A stretch of DNA of 64,000 nucleotides, taken from NCBI GenBank assembly GCA_025054955.1, contig JANWZE010000152.1:70419-134418 (forward strand), in the 5' to 3' direction. Positions 48,800 to 58,497 of this stretch are shown in pieces. The notes under the pieces were generated by a model. That model did no database searches. It worked only from the letters and a program-made list of their open reading frames with translations, and was not told the DNA's origin. Every line of letters begins with the position of its first letter. The first letter of the stretch is position 1. The DNA comes from Blastocatellia bacterium. GTDB lineage: Bacteria; Acidobacteriota; Blastocatellia; HR10; J050. The position numbers and the translations under genes were made by a program.

Positions 48800-49984
48800 A
48801 TGGACGACTTGTTGGAATGGCGAAAGGAGTTTCCGATCCTTCAGAAAACCGTCTACATGGTCAGCCACAGTCTGGGCGCGATGCCGCGGCGCGTGTATGA
48901 TCGCATGCGCGAGTTCGCCGATATGTGGGCGAGCCGAGGTGTGCGCGCCTGGGAGGAAGGGTGGTGGCAGATGCCGGTGACGGTCGGCGCTCTGCTGGCG
49001 CCAATTCTGGGCGCCAAGCCAGGCGAGGTGGTCATGCACCAGAACGTATCGGTGTGCACCGCGCTAGTCTTATCCTGCTTGGATTTCCGTGGGCGGCGAA
49101 ACAAAATCGTATACACCGACATGGAGTTTCCTTCGGTCATGTACGTCTGTGAAGCGTTCTCTGCTTACGGCGCGCGAACCCAGGTGGTCTGCTCCGATGA
49201 CGGCATTTCGCTGCCGATGGAAAAACTCCTAGCAGCGATTGATGAAGAGACACAGATCGTGGTGCTCTCGCATGTGTTTTTCAAAAGCGCGTTCATCGTG
49301 GACCCTCGACCCGTCGTTGAACGCGCCCATGCCGTCGGCGCCAAAGTGTTACTCGATGTTTATCAATCGGCCGGAACCATTCCGCTCGATGTGCGGGCGC
49401 TCAATGTAGATTTTGCGACGGGTGGATCGGTCAAGTGGCTTTGCGGCGGCCCCGGCGCCGGTTATTTGTATGTGCGGTCCGATTTGTGGCCCACACTGGA
49501 GCCAAAAATAACCGGCTGGATGGCCCACGCGCGCCCGTTTGCTTTCGAGGTTGGCCCGATTCAATATGCGGATCATGTCATGCGGTTTTTGCACGGTTCG
49601 CCGCCTGTGCCGGCGCTCTATTCGGCGCAAAGCGGCTATGAAATTATCCGCGCCGTCGGCGTCGAGAGGATTCGACAGAAATCTATGCGCCAGACAGCTC
49701 GTCTGATCGAGTTAGCGCTAGAGCAAGGCTTTGCAATTCACTGCCCATTGAACGCCGAGCAGCGTGGCGGCAGCATCATTGTGGACGTGCCGCATGGACA
49801 GGCCGTGACGGCCGAATTAGCTCGACGGGAGATTCTCGTGGATTATCGTCCCGGCGCCGGCATCCGCATTGCGCCGCACTTTTACACGGCGGATGAGGAG
49901 CTGGAGATCACAATTCGAGAGATCAAACGCATTCTGGAAACAAAAGCCTATGAATCGCAGAGCACATCAGCCAACCATCACTGA
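48800..49984 (+). CDS. kynU: Kynureninase-like class-V-fold PLP enzyme
   Basis: GGSVKWLCGGPGAGYLYV resembles the kynureninase SxKY/WLNxGPG Lys region. The gene is adjacent to kynA. ATG at 48800 after GAGGTG. Confidence 0.7.
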   Translation: MDDLLEWRKEFPILQKTVYMVSHSLGAMPRRVYDRMREFADMWASRGVRAWEEGWWQMPVTVGALLAPILGAKPGEVVMHQNVSVCTALVLSCLDFRGRRNKIVYTDMEFPSVMYVCEAFSAYGARTQVVCSDDGISLPMEKLLAAIDEETQIVVLSHVFFKSAFIVDPRPVVERAHAVGAKVLLDVYQSAGTIPLDVRALNVDFATGGSVKWLCGGPGAGYLYVRSDLWPTLEPKITGWMAHARPFAFEVGPIQYADHVMRFLHGSPPVPALYSAQSGYEIIRAVGVERIRQKSMRQTARLIELALEQGFAIHCPLNAEQRGGSIIVDVPHGQAVTAELARREILVDYRPGAGIRIAPHFYTADEELEITIREIKRILETKAYESQSTSANHH

Positions 49985-50086
49985 CGGAAAAAGGCCAGGC
50001 CAGAGGCGCTCCACGTGTTGTCTGAGAGCAAAGTCCACTGACAGACAAAGGCCAGGCGAGAAATACTCTACTTGTTGTCCGAGAGC
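49979..50086. repeat. 51-bp direct repeat (about 80% identity, period 57). The first copy starts at the last sense codon plus stop of kynU.
   Basis: cactgacggaaaaaggccaggc..tgttgtctgagagc at 49979-50029 and cactgacagacaaaggccaggc..tgttgtccgagagc at 50036-50086. Confidence 0.8.
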
Positions 50087-50113
50087 GATCTTCTGCGTTG
50101 AGGGAAGAACACG

Positions 50114-50545
50114 ATGATCACTGTTCCGAAACTAACACTCGACGATGTGAAAATCATTCTGGCAGCCAGCGAGCAAAAAGCCAGAGAGATCGGCGTGGAC
50201 ATGGACATTGCCGTTGTGGATGATGGCGGTCACCTGCTCGGTTTCTATCGCATGGATAATGCCAAGATCACGGGCATCGCCATTGCTACCGACAAAGCGT
50301 TCACGGCAGCCGGCACACGTCGGCCAACGCGCGATTACGCTGAAATTGGCAAACCTGGCGGGATGGCCTTCGGCATCCATGTGAGCAATCAGGGCCGATT
50401 CACCATTTATGGCGGCGGTGTGCCGATTGTCGTCAATGGGCGCGTCGTCGGCGCGGTCGGCTGTAGTTCAGGGACGGCTGAGCAAGATCATGAAGTCGCC
50501 CAGGCCGGCATTGACGCATTTTTGAAAACATTGAACCAGGGATGA
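50114..50545 (+). CDS. GlcG/HbpS-like (DUF336) haem-binding family protein
   Basis: 143 aa. Contains IAVVDDGGHLLGFYRMDNA..AIATDKAFTAA..GGGVPI..G.VVGAVGCSSGT. Confidence 0.85.
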   Translation: MITVPKLTLDDVKIILAASEQKAREIGVDMDIAVVDDGGHLLGFYRMDNAKITGIAIATDKAFTAAGTRRPTRDYAEIGKPGGMAFGIHVSNQGRFTIYGGGVPIVVNGRVVGAVGCSSGTAEQDHEVAQAGIDAFLKTLNQG

Positions 50546-50650
50546 AAAATCCTATGAATGGGTGGAGCGAGTCGGTCGGCTCTTGATCGGCTCGCTCGGA
50601 CGCTGTGGCGAGAGCTTCAGGGGTCGCGCGTGGACTATCGGCAAACAGGC

Positions 50651-51814
50651 TTATGCCTCGCGCAGCACGGCTGCCGGTGTTTGCCTAGAAGCTTGTCGCG
50701 CTGGCCACAGCCCGCCGAGCAACCCCATCAGTGCGGCAAATCCCATACCCGTCAATAACAGGTTGGGCGTGATGCGAAAGGCGAACGCGACTTCGCTAAA
50801 CGTTTGCCAATTGACTGTGCCGGTGGTGAGCCCGTTGACCGGCAGAACCAACAAGCAACCAATCAGGCCGCCGATTAATGAGAGCAGCAACGATTCAGTC
50901 ATGAAGGAGAGCAGCACGCTCCACGGTTTGAAGCCGAGCACTTGCAACGTGGCAATCTCCCGCGTGCGATAGGCGACGGCGGCATACATTGTGTTCATCG
51001 CGGCGAAGCATGCGCCGATGCCCATGACGAACGCAATGAACAACGCCAGTCCTTTGATTGCGCTGGCTGCTTGCGTCTGTTCGGCGTAGTAATCTGATTC
51101 GATCTGTCCCATCAAGTTGAAGCGGCGGTCGTTGTTGATGCGCTCAATGAGCGCCTGGGCTGCGGCGGCGTCGGTAGCGCGCAACAAAGCGGATGAGTAG
51201 GTTTGTCGGTTAAAATCGTCAGCTAGTTGGTTGACATCAGCCCAGATTTCTGAATCGAAGGCCGTGTTGCCAGCTTCAAAGATGCCGACGACTTGCCACT
51301 GGGCTTTGCCGAAGTTCAGCCGGTCGCCCAGATGTGTGTTTTGGAAACGCTCGCGGACGCGCCGACCAACGATCACTTCGCGCAGTCCGGGGCGGAACAT
51401 CCGTCCTTCGATCAGTCGCATTTGTCGTCGCAGTTGCATGCTGTTGGCAGAGACGCCACGAATGGTGATGTTGGCCCCCTGTTGTTGATTATGCTTGGGT
51501 AGGTTGACGGCGGTGACGATTTCGGCGGCGGCGAGCGGGTCGCCGGCGGCGTCGCTCTGAACACCCGGCCAGTAGGCTAGCGTGCGGAAAGCTTCTCGGG
51601 GAACCGAGCTGCTCAACTCGGCATTGGAGCCTTGACGACGCACCAGCACATTGAGCGGATCACCCGATGTGACCAACGCTGTCTCCAGCCCTTGCGCCAG
51701 CGCCATGATGCCGACGAAGATACACACAACGAGGGCAATGCTCATGACCGTCATCAACGTGCTCGTGCGTCGCACCAGCAAGCTGCGGATATTGTATTTC
51801 AGTGGAATCGTCAT
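50651..51814 (-). CDS. ABC transporter permease (MacB/FtsX family)
   Basis: N-terminal TM helix, a large periplasmic domain and a C-terminal FtsX 3-TM bundle. ATG at 51814, 14 nt after the upstream stop. Confidence 0.88.
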   Translation of the reverse strand: MTIPLKYNIRSLLVRRTSTLMTVMSIALVVCIFVGIMALAQGLETALVTSGDPLNVLVRRQGSNAELSSSVPREAFRTLAYWPGVQSDAAGDPLAAAEIVTAVNLPKHNQQQGANITIRGVSANSMQLRRQMRLIEGRMFRPGLREVIVGRRVRERFQNTHLGDRLNFGKAQWQVVGIFEAGNTAFDSEIWADVNQLADDFNRQTYSSALLRATDAAAAQALIERINNDRRFNLMGQIESDYYAEQTQAASAIKGLALFIAFVMGIGACFAAMNTMYAAVAYRTREIATLQVLGFKPWSVLLSFMTESLLLSLIGGLIGCLLVLPVNGLTTGTVNWQTFSEVAFAFRITPNLLLTGMGFAALMGLLGGLWPARQASRQTPAAVLREA

Positions 51815-51828
51815 ACCTGTCGTCGCCC

Positions 51829-52986
51829 TCAGCCGACGTGGCGCAGTCCGTCGGCCACTGTTAAATTCGCCGCGCGATAGGCCGGCACGGCGGTGCTGAG
51901 CAACCCCAGCACGATGGCAAAGCCGAGTCCCAGCGCGACGATTTCCCATGTCACCTCAAACCGTTGGAAGACGCCTTGAGTGAAGTCGGCCATGTCCACA
52001 GCGGTATACAACGCGCGCGCGCCCAGGCACCCAAGCAGTCCGCCTGTCAATGTGATCAAAACGCCTTCTGACATGAGCAGGCGGAGAATCGTCCGACGGC
52101 CGAATCCCAACGCTTTGAGCACGGCCACTTCGCGAGTTCGTTCGCGCACGGACATCGCCATCGTGTTGGCCGTGACAAGCAAAATCGTAAAGATAATCAC
52201 GCTGCTGATCGAAGCGATCAGCCCCTTCAGATTGCCCATCATCGAAATGAAGCCCATCTGAAACGCTCGTTCGGTTTCTGTTTTGGTGGGCGCCTCGGTG
52301 TTGCGGAAATGCGCGTCAATCGTCTCGATGATGCGAGGCACAGACTCAATGGAATCGGCGCGAATCCAGTAGGTGCCGGCGATGCCGGAGCGCCCTGCGA
52401 CTCGCTCCAGAGACTCGTCCAGATACTTGTGATGCACGAAGATTTGCGACTCATCGTTAGCTGAGCCGGTAAAGATGCCGCGCACGGTCAGCTCCAGATC
52501 AAATGGAAAAATGTCGCCTTTGAGCGTGATTCGGTCGCCCAGTTTCCAGCCGTGTTTCTCAGCCTTGCGTCGGCCCACGATGGTGGCTGTTCGTTCGTAG
52601 ATGAACGCCTGTTTTTGTTCGGGTGGAATCTGAATCTCGCGGTAGATTTCAAACAAGGCGGCAGGATCGCAGGCAAACTGCGCAAAGTCAGTATGCCGCC
52701 GGTCAATATAGATGCCGCCGATCCAGGTGAACGGCGTGACGGCGACAACGCCCGGCACGGTTTCGATCTTGGCGCGATAATGGGCTGGCAGCAGCGATGT
52801 CAATGCCACAGCATGGCGCGTGACCAATCGCAAGGGGTTGGTATCCTCCAGGCTGCGTTCCAGTTCATTGATGAATGTCACCAATGTGCAAAGCACAAAC
52901 AGCGCCAGCGCCACACTCAGCATCGTCAGGACGGTGCGCCGTCTGCTGCGCGTGCCACTTTTCCAGACAAGTCGTGAATAACTCAC
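51829..52986 (-). CDS. ABC transporter permease (MacB/FtsX family), second paralogue
   Basis: Same architecture as the downstream permease. The GTG start overlaps the ATPase gene's TGA (GTGA). Confidence 0.88.
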   Translation of the reverse strand: MSYSRLVWKSGTRSRRRTVLTMLSVALALFVLCTLVTFINELERSLEDTNPLRLVTRHAVALTSLLPAHYRAKIETVPGVVAVTPFTWIGGIYIDRRHTDFAQFACDPAALFEIYREIQIPPEQKQAFIYERTATIVGRRKAEKHGWKLGDRITLKGDIFPFDLELTVRGIFTGSANDESQIFVHHKYLDESLERVAGRSGIAGTYWIRADSIESVPRIIETIDAHFRNTEAPTKTETERAFQMGFISMMGNLKGLIASISSVIIFTILLVTANTMAMSVRERTREVAVLKALGFGRRTILRLLMSEGVLITLTGGLLGCLGARALYTAVDMADFTQGVFQRFEVTWEIVALGLGFAIVLGLLSTAVPAYRAANLTVADGLRHVG

Positions 52987-53693
52987 GGGGAGACCTCCGT
53001 CGCGTACTTGACGCCATCATGTGTGAGCACGCCCTTATCCAGATGTAATTCGCGTCGAGCGTAGTGCGCTGCGCGTGGGTCGTGCGTGACCATGATGATT
53101 GTTTTGCCAAAGTCCTCGTTGAGCTGTTTCAGCAGCATCAACACATCATCGGCTGAGCGCGCGTCCAGGTCGCCAGTCGGCTCGTCAGCCAGGATGAATG
53201 TTGGGTCCGTGACCAATGCGCGCGCGATGGCCACCCGCTGCTCCTGACCGCCGGAAAGCTGCCGGGGATAATGATCGAGCCGGTCAGACAGTCCCACCAG
53301 ACTGAGCGCGGCGACGGCGTGCTCGCGCCGTTCCTCTTTGGTTAAATCGGTCAGCAGCAGCGGCAGCTCCACATTTTCGACCGCCGTTAACACGGGGATT
53401 AAATTGAACGTCTGAAAAATGAACCCGACATGCTGATTGCGCCACTCGGCCAGCTCGTCTTCATCAAGTTGCACAATGTCTAGGCCGGCCACCGTGACGC
53501 GACCGCTGGTCGGCTTATCAATACCGGCCATGATGTTCATCAAGGTTGATTTGCCCGAGCCAGACGGCCCCATCAGCGCCACAAACTCTCCTTCGGCAAT
53601 ATCCAGATTGATGTCGTGCAGCGCGACGACCTGCTGACTATCGCGTTGGAAGATGCGGTGCAGATGACGAATCTCGATCAACGGCTGTGTCAT
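52983..53693 (-). CDS. ABC transporter ATP-binding protein (MacB/LolD-type)
   Basis: Contains [24 protein letters not shown] and [11 protein letters not shown]. Confidence 0.93.
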   Translation of the reverse strand: MTQPLIEIRHLHRIFQRDSQQVVALHDINLDIAEGEFVALMGPSGSGKSTLMNIMAGIDKPTSGRVTVAGLDIVQLDEDELAEWRNQHVGFIFQTFNLIPVLTAVENVELPLLLTDLTKEERREHAVAALSLVGLSDRLDHYPRQLSGGQEQRVAIARALVTDPTFILADEPTGDLDARSADDVLMLLKQLNEDFGKTIIMVTHDPRAAHYARRELHLDKGVLTHDGVKYATEVSP

Positions 53694-53703
53694 AATGCAT
53701 CAG

Positions 53704-55143
53704 CTATGATTGTACCGAAATCCTATCCCCGTGCTTGAGATTCTCATGCCCGCCGATGATGACGCGCTCGCCACCTTGCAAGCCATCCCGAATGTTGACG
53801 TATCCATCGGCTTGGTCGCCCGGCGTCACCGGCTGGATCATCGCCTTGTCGTCCTTGACGACAAACACATTGGGACGACCTTGTTGATACACGATGGCAG
53901 AAGCCGGCACAAAGATGCCGGTTGACTCTGTGGCCGGGACCGTGCCCGTTGGGAAAAAGGTGACCTTAGCGCCCATGTCCGGTCGCAAAAACGCATCGGG
54001 ATTGAGCACTTTCACCTTGACTTGAATCGTCGCTTTCTGTCGGTCGGCGACATCGGCGATATATTCAACGATGCCGTTATAGCGACGGTCGGTGTAGGCA
54101 TCCGGCGTGATCGTGACCGGTTGGTTCAGTTCTACTTTCGCAATGTCAGCTTCCGTGATGTCCATTTCCACCTGCAAGTCGCGCAGGTCGGCAATGGAGA
54201 CCAAGGCCTGCTTAGCGCCACGATCTGACGTGAAGCCAGTGGTCACCATCTCACCGAGGTCGGCATACCGATCCAAGACGGTGCCGCTAACCGGCGCGCG
54301 AATCAGCGTGTTGTCCAATTGAGCTTGCGCGTATGCCAGTTCCGCTTCAGCCTGTCGCAATTGTGCTCGGGCTAGTTCAATCTGTTCTTGGCGCGGTCCG
54401 AGGCGCGTCAGCTCGTAATTTTCCACGGCCGCTTGATATGCCTTCTGAGCCATCTCCAGTCGCGCGCGGGCGTCATCCAAAGCCTGTTGCTGAAGCACGC
54501 CGTCGTTGACTAACTGCCGGATGCGTTGCCAGTTAATTTCGGCATTTTTCAGGTCCGCCAGCAACCGTTCTTGTTCAGCCTTAGCCCGTTCAATTTCTTG
54601 AGGACGTGAACCAGCCTCCAGCTCAGCCAGCCGCGCTTTCGCCGCAGCCACATTGGCCTGCGCCCGTTGCAACTCGGCGCGGATTTCATAATCATCCAAT
54701 CGAGCGATCAACTGACCTTTGCGAACGTAATCGCCTTCATCCACCAGCAGCTCGACAATCCGGCCGGTGATCTTGGAGCCGACTTCGACCTGATGACGCG
54801 CAATGATGTATCCGCTGGCCGTCAACACCGGCTCAGCGCCGGTCAGGGCGCGCCGGCTAGCGACGGCAACACGTACCGGCTTGGCGGCCAACGGTCCAAA
54901 CTGACCCGTCATCACGCCGATGCCGACAACCAGCAGGGCGATCACCAAGACCGTCAACACCCAGCGGCGCCAGCTTCTGGATGATCGTCTGGCGCGCTGC
55001 CGATCAATTTTTAACACGCTCAAATCCGGTTTGGACGATTGTTGCACCTGCATGAAGTCGGGAATCATAACGGCTTTTTTTGCAACTGACAATTCATTGG
55101 TGATTGTGTGTCGTTGAGTGTTGAGTAATTCACCGTGATTCAT
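53704..55143 (-). CDS. HlyD/MacA-family periplasmic adaptor (membrane fusion protein)
   Basis: TM anchor WVLTVLVIALLVVGIGV, a lipoyl-like region, a long coiled-coil hairpin and a beta-barrel. The start is uncertain (55143 or 55068), and the longest ORF to 55323 is unlikely. Confidence 0.85.
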   Translation of the reverse strand: MNHGELLNTQRHTITNELSVAKKAVMIPDFMQVQQSSKPDLSVLKIDRQRARRSSRSWRRWVLTVLVIALLVVGIGVMTGQFGPLAAKPVRVAVASRRALTGAEPVLTASGYIIARHQVEVGSKITGRIVELLVDEGDYVRKGQLIARLDDYEIRAELQRAQANVAAAKARLAELEAGSRPQEIERAKAEQERLLADLKNAEINWQRIRQLVNDGVLQQQALDDARARLEMAQKAYQAAVENYELTRLGPRQEQIELARAQLRQAEAELAYAQAQLDNTLIRAPVSGTVLDRYADLGEMVTTGFTSDRGAKQALVSIADLRDLQVEMDITEADIAKVELNQPVTITPDAYTDRRYNGIVEYIADVADRQKATIQVKVKVLNPDAFLRPDMGAKVTFFPTGTVPATESTGIFVPASAIVYQQGRPNVFVVKDDKAMIQPVTPGDQADGYVNIRDGLQGGERVIIGGHENLKHGDRISVQS

Positions 55144-55427
55144 GGCGTTGATATGACACGCTTGTGTGTGACGCCTGTGCACCGATGTGGCCAACGCATT
55201 GCTTAGAGCGGCTGGGCGGCTGAACACACGCTTATACCAACTTGCAGAGGCAAAGGTCACGTTCATGGAGTCAAAGAGCATGGCAGAACCTGAGCTGAAC
55301 GAGCGCGAATGTGCGCTCTTCACTCAGCACTTGGTATGACATGCGCGTCATGATACAAGCAGTTGCGCAGCCCGCTGCAACGAACCTTGCCAGCAGAGTA
55401 GACCGTTGGTACACTTCCGCCTTGGTC

Positions 55428-56645
55428 ATGAGCGTCCACGAACAACTCGCTTCCACCATCGTCCGACGTGGCTTTGGCCTCAAAGAAGAAATCAAGTGGC
55501 CAATGGCTGCTGATTATCACAGCGCATTGGTTGACCGCATGAAAGCTGAAGGCTACCAACTGACTGTCGGCCCACTTTCGTTTCGCTTGGCGCAAGAGTT
55601 TGGGTTCTGTTATGGCGTGGATTTCGCTCTGGATTTGGCCTACGAGACGCGCTACAAATTTCCTGACCGACGCATCTTTCTGATCAGTGAAATCATTCAC
55701 AACCCGCGCGTCAATACGCGGCTGCAAGAGCTGGGCATCCGGTTTCTCAAAACATCTGATGGACCGATGATGGATTTGGATGAGGTGACGCCCGAAGATG
55801 TCATCATTGTTCCCGCATTCGGCGCTACAGTCGCTGAGATGGAACGGTTGCGCCAGAAAGGTTGTGTGGTGGTGGATACGACGTGTGGCTCCGTGATCGC
55901 TGTGTGGAAGCGTGTTGAACGCTACGCCCGCGATGGTTTCACCGCCATCATTCACGGTAAATACAACCACGAAGAGACGCGAGCCACCGCTTCACAGGCG
56001 ATGCGATTCCCCGGCGGACGCTATCTGATTGTGCTGGATAAACAGGAGGCAGCAACCGTCTGCCATTACATCGTCCATGGCGGCGATAAAGCGGCCTTCT
56101 TGTCGCAGTTTGCTCAAGCTGTGTCGCCCGACTTTGATCCTGACCGCGATCTTCAATACGTCGGCTTGGCGAACCAAACGACTATGCTCAGCAGCGAGTC
56201 ATTGGAGATTGCTGAGATGTTCCGTCAAGCCATCATGCAACGCTATGGCCCGGAGCAGGTCGGCGAGCGATTCCGCTCGTTCGATACAATTTGCAGCGCC
56301 ACGCAGAATCGGCAGGATGCTGTGCAAAAGCTGGTACAACAAAACGTGGACCTGATGATCGTCATCGGCGGATATAACAGCAGCAACACAAACCACCTGT
56401 GTGAAATTGCTTCGCAGTATGTTCCCACCTATCACATCAATGAAGTTGATTGCATTGTTTCGGATCGTCACATTCGTCACCAGCCGGCGCTCTGTCATGA
56501 AGAAGTGATCAGCGAAGGATGGTTACCCGACGGGTCAGTGATCATCGGGATCACAGCCGGCGCCTCCACGCCCAATCGCGTCATCGGTGAAGTGATCGAA
56601 CGCATCGTTGCCTGTCGTGGTTTGTCTCTAGCGCCAGATGAATAA
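55428..56645 (+). CDS. ispH: 4-hydroxy-3-methylbut-2-enyl diphosphate reductase, long form with N-terminal extension
   Basis: Contains RRGFG..LAQEFGFCYGVDFALDLAYE..VVDTTCG..NSSNTNHL. The ATG at 55428 gives 405 aa, like the cyanobacterial-type IspH. Confidence 0.9.
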   Translation: MSVHEQLASTIVRRGFGLKEEIKWPMAADYHSALVDRMKAEGYQLTVGPLSFRLAQEFGFCYGVDFALDLAYETRYKFPDRRIFLISEIIHNPRVNTRLQELGIRFLKTSDGPMMDLDEVTPEDVIIVPAFGATVAEMERLRQKGCVVVDTTCGSVIAVWKRVERYARDGFTAIIHGKYNHEETRATASQAMRFPGGRYLIVLDKQEAATVCHYIVHGGDKAAFLSQFAQAVSPDFDPDRDLQYVGLANQTTMLSSESLEIAEMFRQAIMQRYGPEQVGERFRSFDTICSATQNRQDAVQKLVQQNVDLMIVIGGYNSSNTNHLCEIASQYVPTYHINEVDCIVSDRHIRHQPALCHEEVISEGWLPDGSVIIGITAGASTPNRVIGEVIERIVACRGLSLAPDE

Positions 56646-58314
56646 ACCAATGGCTGGCTGGGTTCATCGGCGAACCGGCGAGCACACTGCTCTCTCATGG
56701 TTCGAATCTCCGTTAGCCGCTTGTCTAACGCTGCTCATTCTCTGCGGAATTTTTTTCTTCTTCCGGCTCGGTTCATTCCCGTTGCTGGGGCCTGATGAAC
56801 CGCGCTACGGGCAGGTCGCTCGCGAAATGCTGACGCGGCTTGATGTGATCACGCCGACGCTGGGCGGCCATCCCTGGCTTGAGAAGCCGGTGTTGTTATA
56901 TTGGCTGATGATGCTTTCGATGAGTTTGCTGGGCGTCACCGAGTGGGCAGCGCGATTGCCTTCAGCCCTGTTGGCTGCGCTCGCGACGCTGATTGTATAC
57001 GACACGGGGCGTCGGGTCATCAGCGCGCAATACGGTTTTTTGAGCGGGCTGGCGTTGAGCGTTAGTCTGATGTTTGCCGTGTTTGCTCATGGCGCGACAA
57101 CTGACATGCCGTTGGCCGCCACGATGACACTTGGGCTGTGCTGCTTTTTTGTGTTTGAAACGCGAGCCGCTCGGCGACCACATCGCTGGTTGCTCGCGGC
57201 GTATGCGTGGTTTGGCGCGGCCCTGTTGGCGAAGGGATTAGTTGGGGTTGTGCTGCCGCTGGCCATCATAGGCGTCTACTGGTTGCTCACGCGCCAATGG
57301 AAGCGCTGGCGGGAAGCTCGATGGCTCGCGGGCCTGCTGATGCTGCTGGCCGTCGCTTCGACGTGGTACGTTCCCGTCATCGCGCGGCATGGTTGGACGT
57401 TCATCAACGAGTTCTTCATCAGCCACCATCTTGAACGATTCACCAGCAACAAATTCAATCATCCCGGCCCGATCTACTATTTCATCCCGGTCATTCTCAT
57501 CGGCGTGTTTCCGTTCACGACGTTTCTTGTGGCCGCGTTGATGCGATTACGATGGTCGCTATGTCATTCGGACGATGTGCGAGATCGGCTGCGGTGTTTT
57601 GCTGCGGTGTGGGTCTTTCTCCCGTTGCTGTTTTTTTCGTTCTCCGGCTCAAAGTTACCGGGATATATTTTGCCGGTTATCCCTGCTGCGGCGTTTCTCA
57701 TTGCGGATGAATTGCAGCGGTTGTTGACGGCGGACGTGGATCGGACTGGCTCAGTGGCGGCGAAGCTGGCGGCCGCGTTCGTCATGACAATGAGTGTCGT
57801 AGGATTTTTTTTCGCAGAGAGGGAGTTGCCGCTCGGTGGCAAAGGCCATCTGATCATGCTGTTCATTGGTTTGGGAACCGGAGCGGTGGCGCTCTATTGG
57901 AGCGTCATCCATCAATATGGGCGATCCATTGCGGCGCTCGTCGTTGGGTGCGCCGTTGCGTTCACTGCAGCCAACTTCGTCTACGTACCCGCTGCCGCTG
58001 AGAAGGAATCATTACACCGCTTGGCTGAAGCGGCGGTTCGCGCTATGCGTCCGGATGAGCGAATCGTCGGATTTTTCTATTTCCATCACTCACTGACGTT
58101 TTATACGAACGCCCGCTCGATTTACGATGAACGCGGTAACGTCGTGATTGCTCGCTCGCCAGATGAATTGCTCCAGCAGGTGAGGCAGCATGGCTCCGTC
58201 TTATGTGTGACGCGCCAAGAGATATGGCAGGATTTGAGCCGAGATGCTCGATTCCGATTTGAATTGCTAGGCCAGCAACAAGACATCATACTCGTCCGGG
58301 CAACGGGACAATAG
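56638..58314 (+). CDS. Glycosyltransferase family 39 (ArnT/PMT-like) polytopic membrane protein
   Basis: Contains LLGPDEPRYGQVAREML..GHPWLEKPVLLYW and about 11-12 TM segments. There is an 8-nt overlap with ispH. Confidence 0.85.
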   Translation: MNKPMAGWVHRRTGEHTALSWFESPLAACLTLLILCGIFFFFRLGSFPLLGPDEPRYGQVAREMLTRLDVITPTLGGHPWLEKPVLLYWLMMLSMSLLGVTEWAARLPSALLAALATLIVYDTGRRVISAQYGFLSGLALSVSLMFAVFAHGATTDMPLAATMTLGLCCFFVFETRAARRPHRWLLAAYAWFGAALLAKGLVGVVLPLAIIGVYWLLTRQWKRWREARWLAGLLMLLAVASTWYVPVIARHGWTFINEFFISHHLERFTSNKFNHPGPIYYFIPVILIGVFPFTTFLVAALMRLRWSLCHSDDVRDRLRCFAAVWVFLPLLFFSFSGSKLPGYILPVIPAAAFLIADELQRLLTADVDRTGSVAAKLAAAFVMTMSVVGFFFAERELPLGGKGHLIMLFIGLGTGAVALYWSVIHQYGRSIAALVVGCAVAFTAANFVYVPAAAEKESLHRLAEAAVRAMRPDERIVGFFYFHHSLTFYTNARSIYDERGNVVIARSPDELLQQVRQHGSVLCVTRQEIWQDLSRDARFRFELLGQQQDIILVRATGQ

Positions 58315-58387
58315 ATGGCTTGCGATTTGAGTTGCTAGGTTGGCAGCAAAACATCATGCTCATCCGGGCAACGGGACAATAGATGGC
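58255..58387. repeat. 65-bp tandem duplication (period 68, 57/65 identical). Copy 1 is the last 19 codons plus stop of the GT39 gene.
   Basis: Copy 1 is 58255-58319 and copy 2 is 58323-58387. By my alignment, all 8 differences are transitions. Confidence 0.9.
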
Positions 58388-58497
58388 AATGGAGAGCAGA
58401 TGGAGCATCGAAGGCAACATTGGAGCGCCTCATCGCCTGTCGCGCTCGCCGCTGGCTTGCCACTGATTACGATTTTGGATAGGCTTAGTCGCTCACC

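Noticed and set aside
56699-56708. A tRNA T-arm-like string, ggttcgaatc.
   Set aside because: It lies inside the GT39 coding sequence and has no acceptor or anticodon stem context. I found no tRNA, rRNA, tmRNA, RNase P or SRP RNA signatures in the window.
58255-58387. Whether the 3'-end copies are variable-repeat/template-repeat pairs of a diversity-generating retroelement.
   Set aside because: There is no reverse transcriptase gene nearby. The repeats are far shorter than typical VR/TR. The mismatches are not adenine-specific, since they include a/g and c/t changes in both directions.
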